Assembly: GCA_950097015.1 (NCBI GenBank)
Contig: CATNEN010000001.1
Location: forward strand, 21,514,001 to 21,578,000
Length of the DNA stretch: 64,000 nucleotides
Direction: 5' to 3'
From: Macrostomum hystrix
Taxonomy: Eukaryota; Animalia; Platyhelminthes
Of the stretch, positions 13,820 through 24,600 are shown in pieces. Numbering within the stretch: the stretch's first letter is position 1; every line of letters starts with the position of its first letter. The notes below the pieces were generated by a model. That model did no database searches and was not told the origin of the DNA. It saw nothing but the letters and a program-made list of their open reading frames with translations. The translations under genes and the position numbers were made by a program.

Positions 13820-14134
13820 GTGGTGTCGCACCTCGAGCTGCGGCACACCCCTGGGTGCCGGAGTTCGACCGTCACCGAATTCGTTGCTGCGGACTGACAG
13901 GACATCGGCTTCACTTCCGGAGCCCCAGCTGATTGAGCTGGCTGCACTGTCTGACGTTGTCTGCTGCTGCTGCTGATAGCCCGCCTGAGTGCGTCGATTT
14001 CGACCAACAACGCTGCTGTTGTCCTGACTGCCAATCGGCAACGGCGGCACACCTTTCGGTCGAGTGCTGGGCCGAGAATGCTCATCCGGCTGCGGCGGGG
14101 GTGGCTCAAACACCCGCTCCTCTCCCTGGATCAT
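6972..14134 (-). CDS. CAPS2: Calcyphosin-2 (CAPS2)-like EF-hand protein, multi-exon
   Basis: Phase-consistent exons (-): 14134/14125..13676 (or ..13832), 12648..12529, 11962..11798, 10903..10548, 9903..9691, 9203..8813, 7421..7325, 7147..6972 (TGA). Motifs include VMVDQLSRAPMCDPEQ, RELTGFFFALDSTFTVYEFRTFGK, ALPFVKRGHY, AFLKMDTAKSG..HPSVLQG and EFIVYYEGLGIQLDDD..VRNCWNV*, characteristic of CAPS2/calcyphosin. The 5' end is uncertain. Confidence 0.85.
7480..8780. repeat. 15-bp minisatellite (GAAATCTGTGAATGA) filling a CAPS2 intron
   Basis: Direct periodicity; a rare-variant block recurs at a 555-bp offset (7535/8090). Confidence 0.97.
9955..10487. repeat. 36-bp minisatellite (GCAGTGCACATGTGACCTTGACTTTCTAATCGTCA[A/G]) derived from a SINE family A internal segment
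   Basis: Direct periodicity. The reverse complement of the unit matches the SINE A body (see findings). Confidence 0.95.
10921..11665. repeat. 20-bp minisatellite (AGGTTTCAGGGTGACTGAGG) in a CAPS2 intron
   Basis: Direct periodicity; the array ends ~15 bp from the acceptor at 10904-10906. Confidence 0.97.
11995..12100 (-). mobile_element. Fragment of dispersed repeat family B (probable SINE body)
   Basis: GGCTGCGTTCAGTCCATGGACTGGGGAGGCCGCCATACC here matches the reverse complement of 19600-19645, including the 14-bp palindrome CAGTCCATGGACTG. Confidence 0.55.
12146..12435 (+). mobile_element. tRNA-derived SINE, family A, copy 1
   Basis: Pol III A box TGGCAGAGTGG and B-box-like GCTCGATTCC. 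The body aligns by eye along its length with 19179-19495 and 38959-39229. Confidence 0.85.
13100..13405. repeat. 16-bp minisatellite (GGGAGAGATGAGACAC)
   Basis: Direct periodicity; a decayed inverted relative occurs at ~43050-43270. Confidence 0.95.
13735..13816. repeat. CTG/CAG trinucleotide tract (polyQ on the minus strand, in the CAPS2 frame)
   Basis: Direct; in frame with the CAPS2 N-terminal exon. Confidence 0.9.
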
Positions 14135-15659
14135 CGAATGAAAATGTGGGTATGAAAATATGCTACATTTATCATTATTATACTTGTATATAACTCATAG
14201 TCATTTTTACTATTTTACATATTTACTTACAGTAATTGGGTTAAATCGGACTGTGCTGCTAGTCCTGTTGCTCATTGATGAACTCCTGCCTGAGTGCATG
14301 ATTATTTTTAGTTATAGGTTCGATCGGTTAATTTTTTCTGGCTGCAATTCGAAGGAAATGATATTTATATGATTGGATATGTTGCATTTTATTAATGACT
14401 TCAGACTTTAAAATATTACTCGTATTTATACATATATAACTATTGCTTTAAAGTCAATGAAATTACAATAAAAAATAATTTAATACATTTTTCGGTATGA
14501 TCCTTGGTAGTACTATTTATCATTGCTCATTTGGGGATCATAATTATTTATGATGCTGTAATGCTGCACTAAAACAAAAATAATAATATCACTGACTTGA
14601 AGACAGCAAAATTTAATAAAACTTTTAACACATAAGGCAGGTTGAAATATTCATTAAGCTTGCTGTAATAACGATCGGGCTCACATTTAGTAAAGTACAA
14701 AAGCTGTAGTCAAAAAGTATAAGAATTGTCCTACATTTAGTAAGTGTCAAATTCTAGTCGAAAAGTAAAAAGAAAAATTATATAATTTCTTATCTGGCAC
14801 GTATCTGGCTACACATTTCTCTTAGCAAGGTATAGAGCTGAAAGTAATACATTACTTCGGCATTCGTAAATAAACAGTTCTCTATAAATGTCTTCTCAAC
14901 GTGATGTGAGTAAGCTCATCTCAAAATGAAATATCTAATTGCGACGAAAGTTAAGAAAGTGCGACAACGCTGAAAAATGTGAGAAGATTCCAAAGTTTAA
15001 GCAATAGTTAAATTATAAGTATTGAAATTTTCTATTTTTCAGCTATATATTTTTATTCAACACTATTTAGTGTGTCTATCTTAACTGAATTTTGTTTTAA
15101 CTTAAACTTTATTTATTAAGTTGTAATGTACATCTTATATAGTTCGTTCCCGTTTCTATGACAGCCGAAATAATTATCGCGCATCATATATTTAATTTGT
15201 TCGTTTAAATTCAAAGAAGCATGCTTTTTATTTAAAATTCTCATGTAGCATCTATTGAGTTAAATACAGTGATTAAAAGACTGCTGTTGAAAGAGTTGAC
15301 CATATAATTTTTGTTTCTGCGATTCATCATCCATCATCTGAGCCATTGAATAATTTGAATACAGCTTTGTTCCTTCAGAACAATATTTATTTGTAATATT
15401 AACAAATATATCATTTCAAAACTTTTATAGACTTAGGCAGATTAATCTGCTTTACTTTACTGCATATATAACAAGCCCAAGTTTTATTAATAAACTGAAA
15501 TTCTGATCTTTTTCTTGATACTTTTAAGATTTAAATTCAATAGAAGTAGGTTTGGAACAATTTTTTTTAGTTTTACTGTCATGAAAGCCACTTTAATTTT
15601 TTAGAGTAAAATTTTATACTTTATAAGGACCTAAAGTATATATGAATGAAATTTTTTAT

Positions 15660-15813
15660 CAGTGGCAGATCCAGCTTTTTCTTTTGTGTTGTGGCTAAAC
15701 ATTTTGGTAGTGGCTCGCTGTGAGGTGGTACTTTAAAGTTGGCTCTGGGGGTATTGGATCTATAGCCTCTATAGCCTATAGCTAACAGCCTATTACCCCT
15801 GGATCTGCCACTG
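15660..15813. mobile_element. 154-bp MITE, hAT-like
   Basis: Perfect 15-bp TIRs: CAGTGGCAGATCCAG (15660-15674) and CTGGATCTGCCACTG (15799-15813). Flanks TTTTTTAT and TTTCTAAT match at 6/8 positions, consistent with a decayed 8-bp TSD. Confidence 0.75.
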
Positions 15814-17139
15814 TTTCTAATGTATTATTTTATGGCTTGTAGCTATATTGACATAGATAGTTACACAGTTGTGTAGAATGCAATGTTTCTTTATTTTGCA
15901 GGCCTTAATTAGTGTTTGAATGTTCTCCTTGAAATGTGTGTCTATAGTTTAAAGTATTTTAATTCTAAAAACTGAAGTATCCAATTATTTTGTCGATATT
16001 AAATATCGAAATTCATTCGAAAGTGTGTAACTCATTAGGTGTTAAAGAAAATATGTTATTTCATGTTTTATTATACATAAAAAAGTTCGATAAACTAATA
16101 CTAACTGACTGCTTATTTTTTAGAAGCAGAGAGAGAGAGAGCAATTTCGTGTTGCTCAGTGTGGTAGAAAAAGTCAGTCAATAATAGTCTAATTCATTCA
16201 CTCATGATTTATTAATATAGCAGAATATAGCAGAGAATTCCAATCACCGAACTCAGCCATGCTATTTTATGCTTGTGCCCCACAAACGTGCCTATGCAAC
16301 TGCCAGCACAGCAAAGTCATCCGCAATCCCATTCCTTCCACATCTGTTCCTTAGACTCGGCAGTGCATGTTTGTTCATTCCGCTCACAGCATCCCAACAT
16401 GAGGCTGCAGTCTTATCCCAATATTATCCCAGCCTGAGACACGGAAATCTGTGTTGACATTCGCTCTGCTATCACCAGTTTTTTATTTGAAATAGCACAG
16501 TTTCTGTTGTACAGTCTGCCTTCCATTGCTGCAGTGTCCTCCGTTGGCCTCGCCACTGCACTGGCTGATAGCCAAGTTTACATTGTGTCCATCCAGGCTT
16601 TGATCGGGCCTCATAATACATGACTTATAATACATGTGCTGCTGGTGTCTTTATCAAACTACTGCTCCCTGTCTCTCTACCCGCCTCTCACCCTCTCTCA
16701 CCCTGTTTCTCACCCTCTCTCTCTCCCTCTCTACCTGTCTCTCACCCTGTCTCCCTCCCTGTCTCTCTCCCTGTCGCTCTCTCGCTGAATGTCTTATTGT
16801 CTGTCTCCCTGTCTCTCACCCTTGTCTATTTTTTTTTTTCTGTACTGCTTTATATCAAATCTGGATCCTAAACCTACAATAGCCCAATGTAAACTACACA
16901 TTAACTTACCATGCAGTAAAATCTTTGAAACATGATCAACCTGTATTGATTATCCTTAATTAGCGTTTCTGAGTTACACAAAGATCCGTTTGCTCCCTTC
17001 GTCTAACTAGACAATTCCCAATATTGTGTAGACTGCAAATCCAATCATATTGACTTTCTAGGGCCACACCCATGACACAAAGCACACTCTAAAAAGGTTT
17101 ATACAAGCCATATCTTTTACTCTATCGTACCTCCTTTGC

Positions 17140-17672
17140 TAGGCTAGCAATCCATTCTATTTATATGAGAGGCTAGACTAGCAATCCATTCTATTGATAT
17201 GAGAGGCTAGACTAGCAATCCATTCTATTTATATGAGAGGCTAGACTAGCAATCCATTCTATTTATATGAGAGGCTAGACTAGCAATCCATTCTATTGAT
17301 ATGAGAGGCTAGACTAGCAATCCATTCTATTGATATGAGAGGCTAGACTAGCAATCCATTCTATTGATATGAGAGGCTAGACTAGCAATCCATTCTATTG
17401 ATATGAGAGGCTAGACTAGCAATCCATTCTATTGATATGAGAGGCTAGACTAGCAATCCATTCTATTGATATGAGAGGCTAGACTAGCAATCCATTCTAT
17501 TGATATGAGAGGCTAGACTAGCAATCCATTCTATTGATATGAGAGGCTAGACTAGCAATCCATTCTATTGATATGAGAGGCTAGACTAGCAATCCATTCT
17601 ATTGATATGAGAGGCTAGACTAGCAATCCATTCTATTGATATGAGAGGCTAGACTAGCAATCCATTCTATTT
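17140..17672. repeat. 34-bp minisatellite (GAGGCTAGACTAGCAATCCATTCTATTGATATGA)
   Basis: Direct periodicity, very homogeneous. It ends ~12 bp before the acceptor (TTCCAG, 17684) upstream of the Tubby ATG. Confidence 0.97.
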
Positions 17673-17726
17673 CATTGATTCCAGTGATCCCCACAAAGTG
17701 TACTCAGCACAGCCGGTCAGTCGAAC

Positions 17727-18789
17727 ATGTCAGAGAACTCGCCAGACCTGCGGCAGTTGCGCAATCAGCGCCAGTTGGATTTGGCCCAGAAGAAGGCCCA
17801 GAAGCGCATAGCAATGTCCGGTGCCATTGTGCAGCGCAATGAAAACCCGGCCGCGTCGAGACCCGGCAGTGCCGGAGCCGCGGCCGGCGCGGCATTCGGC
17901 GATGCGCTTCGTCGAGGAAGTCAGGGCAAGGAGAACGAGAGGGCGCCACTGCTGCTCACGGCTGCTGCTGCTGGGCTCAGCGCCAGAGACGGCACATTGT
18001 CCAACTTTGGTGAGCAACAATTTTAATCAACTGTGCTTCCGGTTCAGGGGGGTGAGTGGATCAGCGGCTAATGTCGCTGCCTCACTTTCCAATGGTCGCT
18101 GGTTCGTTCCTCCCCTGGTTTGGTCAGCTCTTTGCGTGTGCGGGCCTGGGGTGAGAGGCACTCCGGCTGCCGCCCCCTTCCCCGCTTGGCTTGCGACTGT
18201 GTGTAAGGTGCCTGTGTCCAGGGGTCCGGATGGCACGATGGGCGACTCCCGCCTAGTTCGCCGGCCTGGGGGCATGCCGTTCCTGCGCTTGTGCGTCAAG
18301 TGCCCCAGGCCCCCTGCAATTAAGTAAAAAAAGCTTCCGGTTCACCTGGCCCCCTCAATGCCCTCATTTTTCTCCCCCTTTCTCCCCCTCATTCTCACCC
18401 CTTTCAAACCTCCCTATTTACCCTAATTATACCCCGTCATTCTTTCCTTTCAACCCTTCATATTCTCCCCATTCTCTCTATTCTCCCCATTCTCGATATT
18501 CTCACCATTCTCCCTATTCTCCCCCATTCTCCCCATTCTCCCCTCTTTACATTTTCTGCCCACTCATTCTCCCTGTTTCCGCTTTCTATCTGTATTAATA
18601 CCTTTTATCCCAACCTCATTTTCATATTGTCCCCCCTCCGCTTTAGCCTACGACGGTCCGCAGGCATTTCACAACCCGGACGGGACGTCTCCAACTACGC
18701 ACAATCCGCCTCCGGACGCGCAACTAGAAATGACGTCCGAAGTTCGAGCACTTTACCTAGATAATAACCAGTCTAAAAATGCTGTTATT

Positions 18790-18822
<33 letters not shown>

Positions 18823-21624
18823 TCAACAGGTGCCCCAATAAGTCGGCCATCTAGCGATGTTGTGGTCATCAAACTACTCGGCGGAGAGGGCAGTCCCCGA
18901 CGACTTCAATATGAGGACAACTTTAGCGTTGGTGGCTGCTCAAGCGCCAATGGAACGCCTAGGAGTAGTGTGAGTTGTGGGACTGTGTGTGTCCCCCTAA
19001 TGCATGCACTTTTGTAAAAAAACTGGTGATTTTTAAGCAAGTTTTTGCATGATAAATTTATTATTTCAATCATTTTGTGCATATTGTACTTTCTGAAAAA
19101 GTACTGTGTTAGAAGGTTAGGATTTTGAGATCTGAAGTTAGTAAAGCGATGCTTTGAGTCAAACCCCTTGACCTTGGTGGGGGGTGAGTGGCAGAGCTGT
19201 TAATGCATTTGCCTCTCACACCAAGGTCCCTGAGCTCGATTCCGCGGCGAGGCCACATTCATTTGGTGCGCAGCCGCAGAGAGAGGCTTGGGGGCTTGTG
19301 CAAGTTAGGCCATTGTGGGCCAACCTTTCAAGGCACAGTGAAGTGTACTCTGCCTGACGACAAGAAAGTCAGGGCAGATGTACACACCTGTATGAGCGTG
19401 TGCCTGCGTACGTGTGTGCGTGTGTGCCCAGGAGTCAGAATTGCCTCCTCGAAGGCTGTGGGTCTAGTGTCCCAAAATTATGTGCCATTGCCCTTAACCC
19501 CTTGACGTTTCTAACTCGAGGCTAGGGGTTCGATTCCTGGCAAGACATTAAAACTCCGCATTGCGCCAGTTCACCAAGGCATTTGCTGGGGTAATTGAAG
19601 GTGGGTGTGGCGTCTCCCCAGTCCATGGACTGAACAGCCGTACGCAGCCTTCAGATGCGCCGCGCAATAGCTGCGGCTGTGCTGTCGACTGCACATCTGA
19701 CCCAATTGAGACAAGTGTATAAGATTATTATTTTTTAGGGCAACGTTGTGAGTTGAGGGCTTAATGAGTAGGTCATAGAATTGTTTTTGTCGTCTGAATG
19801 CACAAAATTCGCAATCACTCAGCATTGAAAACTGCTTCAATTGTGAACAATATTGTTGTCCAAATGTTTTCTAAACTCGTTTATTTCTTAGATATATTGG
19901 GAAAAAAAATTTTGCATGGAATAATTCGATCTTCAAGATATTTTAAATGTTAAAATTGCTCAGCAGTCTCAGATGCAAGCTCAGCAGCAGCAGCAGCGAG
20001 TTAAGAAGCCACCCAAAGACTTGAGCAGACGGGCTCACGCTAGCCGGTGCCAGTTGAAAACCTCCACAACGGCTGCTCACCTGCGGGAGCTGCAGCTCGC
20101 TCAGCCGCCAGCCGAGATAGATGGGGCGTCAGCTCCCGCGACTGAGGCAGCGGAATCTGCCAATGCTGAGGTGTCTGAAGTATATTTCTGTGTGCAACCT
20201 TAGGATACGTACTTTTAATCTGCAACCTTCTTATACCCTTTAGACGTGTCCTGTCTTTGATGCTCTTAAATTTCTTCTTGGACTTATATTCTTTAGACCC
20301 ACGTCTTTGACTATGCCGTTGAATACTCATATCTTCTTCTTTTAATTGATCTATAAAACCCGGTTTTGCTTTGTGATTGCTGGCTTCTATATAAGTAGCT
20401 GATTTCTACCTTTTCCATCAGGTTTATTTTATCCCTACGAGCCTTGAAAGTGCAACTTACCATCGGGTCGGTGGATTTCTTATTATCCACCAACGATTCG
20501 TTCCACACGCGCCTTGTGAGGTTGTTAGGGCCTGTAGAAAACTGCGATTATGAGGATAAGAAAAGGCCATTGCTTCGAGGTCCGTCAGCTAGCGAAGTGG
20601 AAGAGTGTGGTAGGGGGGTGACTTGTTGCCGTGTTGTTTTTTAGGCGCATAATGAATCAGAGTTGGCGAGGGACTTTGGTGGGGCCGTCAAGATTGCTGG
20701 TTAGTGGGGCTATTCGCTATTCATCCTAATGCAGAAATTTACATAAATATAGAGAGCGTGGAGAGCCACGCACTTGTACATAAACACGGGGAGGACAGAA
20801 ATGAATAGCAGGCGCGCATAAGTAGGCCACATTCGAAGAACCGCTGAAATTCATATTGGGGGATTTTAATGCACAGAGAATACAGGTGAGGAAGGTAGAA
20901 TATGTGAGATTAGAAAATAAATTTTGAGTATCCAAAACAGACTACTAAGGGGGTGGATTACTACTGTGGCTTGATCAAATGAGCATTTGTTACAGACGCA
21001 GGTGTCAAGCTGCTCAAAGGTTTGGAACAGGCGTCAGAATACGGAAGGAAGGCGAGACCAGGGGGTTCGTTTTGGGTGAGGATAATCAGAGTCGAAGCTT
21101 TTGAGATGGGGGACTTCCTGCTTGTCATGGGAACAGGCATTTTTTGTGGGCCTGTATAGGTCTCAAATTAATTAATCCGTCCTTGAAGGTTTCGAATACC
21201 CAACGCTGTAAGCCTCTCTAGTTTAGCCTTGCATTCGCTTGAGTGTCTTTCTCTACTAAATGTCATTCTGTCCTGCTGCTGCTGCTGCAGTTGAGGAGCC
21301 GATCTGTCCTGAAGGGTTCCGCGTGGCCTAATCAGCTCTGTCAATTTAGCCTATCCAGAGTAGAAAGCTATAACTGCAATATGAAGTGGGCTAAAGCTAT
21401 CAAGATTAAGTAACAAGTCATTCTGTCTATTTTTTAAATACGTTGGTATGCAACAGAAGAAACAGCTAAAAGAGCAGCAGCAGCAGCAGCAGCAGCAACC
21501 AAATGAACAACAAGAGCAGCAGCAGCAGCAGCCAAATGACCAACAAGAGCAGCAGCAGCAGCAGCAGCAGCCAAATGAACAACAAGAGCAGCAGCAGCAG
21601 CAGCAGCAACCAAATGAACAACAA

Positions 21625-21676
<52 letters not shown>

Positions 21677-24600
21677 CAAATGAACAACAAGAGCAGCAGC
21701 AGCAGCAACCAAATGAACAACAAGAGCAGCAGCAGCAGCAGCAGCAACCAAATGAACAACAAGAGCAGCAGCAGCAGCAGCAGCAACCAAATGAACAACA
21801 AGAAGCCACCCAATTGTCTTTAAAAAGACGAGTTAAAAAGCCACCCAAAGACTTGAGCAGAAGGGCTCACGCGAGCCGGTGCCAGTTAAAAACCTCTACA
21901 ACGGCTGCTCACCTGCGGGAGCTGCAGCTCGCTCAGCCGCAGGGAGACGACGAAGAGCCTTCTGCAAGTGCCGCAGCTGCAGTTGAGGAGTCCATCGATG
22001 ATGAGGTGTCAGAAGCTGGGCTGGTGTGGTTGTTTGTCAATTTTCTCACCTCCTCAATCTCTTATCGACACATAACTTGTGTACTTTTAACTGCACCTCT
22101 AGCTAACTTTGACTTTAGCCATGGCTTTAATATCACTGATCAACACTTTTTAACTGTAATTTGTTTCAATTCAGTAAGAAAATATCAGAGTTCTAATTAC
22201 TCGTACTTTAGCACCTAACACCTTTAAAACTTACATTTTTCATAATTTCTGTTTTGATGGGCAAAGGCTTATAAAGTAAGACTGGCATGGATAACCATTT
22301 GCAGAGCAACGATAGACCATAGTGAGATCATTTTAAAAGTACTGAAGTGTAAACAGATTGAGATGGACTCACATCTCAAGCCTCCCCGGGCTAATTAATC
22401 CCATGTAGCTGTCAGGTAACAATCATTTTAGACGCGAGATAGAAATTAGTCATTTCATTTCATTTTAAGCAAAACACAGGGATTAAATTTTTTCTAAGCA
22501 ATGGCAGCAGGTGTTTTTATTTTTCTGGAAAAAATTGAGCCTGAAATCCAGCTTGTTGACAACAAAAGTGCAACCTGATGTTTCTTTCGTTTTTACTAAA
22601 TATTTGTGTTTTTATAGTTCTAATTATTTTCTAACCAAGTGTTAAACTGCTGCGAAGTTGGCCTTTAAAATGCGTCTAAACTCTTTAATGCTCGCTTGAT
22701 TGGTAACATGGTTTTGATGGCGCTGTTAACATTTGAGTTCGCCCGCGACTCTAAGTAACGAGTTGAACTGCTTGGCCTTTGTGAAGGTCATAAACAACTG
22801 GAGTGAATTTAGAATGGGAGTGAGTGAGTGACTGAGTGGGTGAGCGAGTAAGTGAGTGAGTGACTGAGTGGGTGAGCGAGTAAGTGAGTGAGTGACTGAG
22901 TGGGTGAGCGAGTGGGTGAGTGAGTGAGTGAGTGAGTGAGTGAGTGAGTGGGTAAGTGAGTGAGCGAGTAAGTGAGTGAGTGACTGAGTGGGTGAGCGAG
23001 TGGGTGAGTGAGTGAGTGACTGAGTGGGTGAGCGAGTTAGTGGGTGAGCGAGTGAGTGAGTGAGTAAGTTAGTGAGTGAGTGAGTGAGTGAGTGACTTAG
23101 TGGGTGAGTGAGTGAGTGAGTGAGTGAGTGAGTATGGGTATCGATATATTCGTATATTTTTAATATGATCTAGTCATTAAAAACTGAAGCAACAAAACAC
23201 ATAGTCAGTTCAGTTTGGTCTTTGTTAGATTAGGCAGAGTGGACATTTTCTCGCGCTGCTTATCAGTGAGCTGTGCAGGTTAATTAGCCGCCCACCCCAC
23301 TCCGCAATTATCGCAGTCGGTTCGCCTGCAGTCGCTGCACCACACAGACGTGGCCGATTTGGCCAGCTTCGCCTTTGAACCAGCCGCCAAAGATGCCGCG
23401 GGGCCTTTGAAGTGCCGAATAAGCCGGCACGCCAGGGGGGTGGACAAGTCGCGCTATCCCACCTATTATTTGCACCTGGAGCGAGAGGACGGCAAGCGCA
23501 GCTTCCTATTAGCCGCTCGCAAACGCAAGCGATCGTCCACGTCCAACTACCTGATCTCCTGCGATCCGACCGACTTGAGTCGACGCGGCGAGGGCTACGT
23601 TGGCAAGCTGAGGGCGAATTTCCTTGGCACCGCCTTCACAGTGTTCGATTCGGGCTTGTCGCCGAAGAAAATCCCCCCGGCTGATGATGACGTTGCAGCC
23701 ACTGTCGGCCGACGAGAGCTGGCTGGGATCACCTACGAGACCAACGTGCTGGGCTTTAGAGGGCCTCGCCGGATGACTGTGGTCCTGCCAGCCATGATGG
23801 CGTCCGAGGTGGACGGACCCGCGTGCGATGCCCGCTGCCAACGGGAGGACATTCGGCCCAGATCCGAGGAGGAGGGCCTTGTGGAACGGCTGCGCCGGAG
23901 GGAGATGTCACAGCTGATTGAGCTGCATAACAGGACTCCAGTCTGGAATGAGGGTGAGTACCGCAAGTGCCATCTGATACCAAACTCGCTGAAATCCCAA
24001 ACTCGCTGAAATCCCAAACTCGCTGAAATCCCAAACTCGCTGAAATCCCAAACTCGCTGAAATCCCAAACTCGCTGAAATCCCAAACTCGCTGAAATCCC
24101 AAACTCGCTGAGATCCCAAACTCACTGAAATTCCAAACTCACTGAAATCCCAAACTCGCTGAGATCCCGAATTCGCTGAAATCCCAAACTCGCTGAAATC
24201 CCAAACTCGCTGAAATCCCGAATTCGCTGAGATCCCAAACTCACTGAAATCCCAAACTCACTGAAATCCCAAACTCACTGAAATCCCAAACTCGCTGAGA
24301 TCCCGAATTTGCTGAGATCTCAAACTCACTGAGATCCCAAACTCGCTGAAATCCCGAATTCGCTGAGATCCCAAACTCACTGAAATCCCAAACTCGCTGA
24401 GATCCCGAATTCGCTGAGATCCCGAATTCGCTGAGATCCCAAACTCACTGAAATCCCAAACTCGCTGAGATCCCGAATTCGCTGAGATCCCGAACTCGCT
24501 GAGATCCCAAACTCGCTGAGATCCCGAATTCGCTGAAATCCCAAACTCGCTGAGATCCCAAACTCACTGAAATCCCAAACTCAATGAAATCCCAAACTCG

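Noticed and set aside
20726-20870. [12 protein letters not shown]...H resembling a Penelope GIY-YIG endonuclease
   Set aside because: The similarity is too weak by eye, with key residues missing; it needs a profile search.
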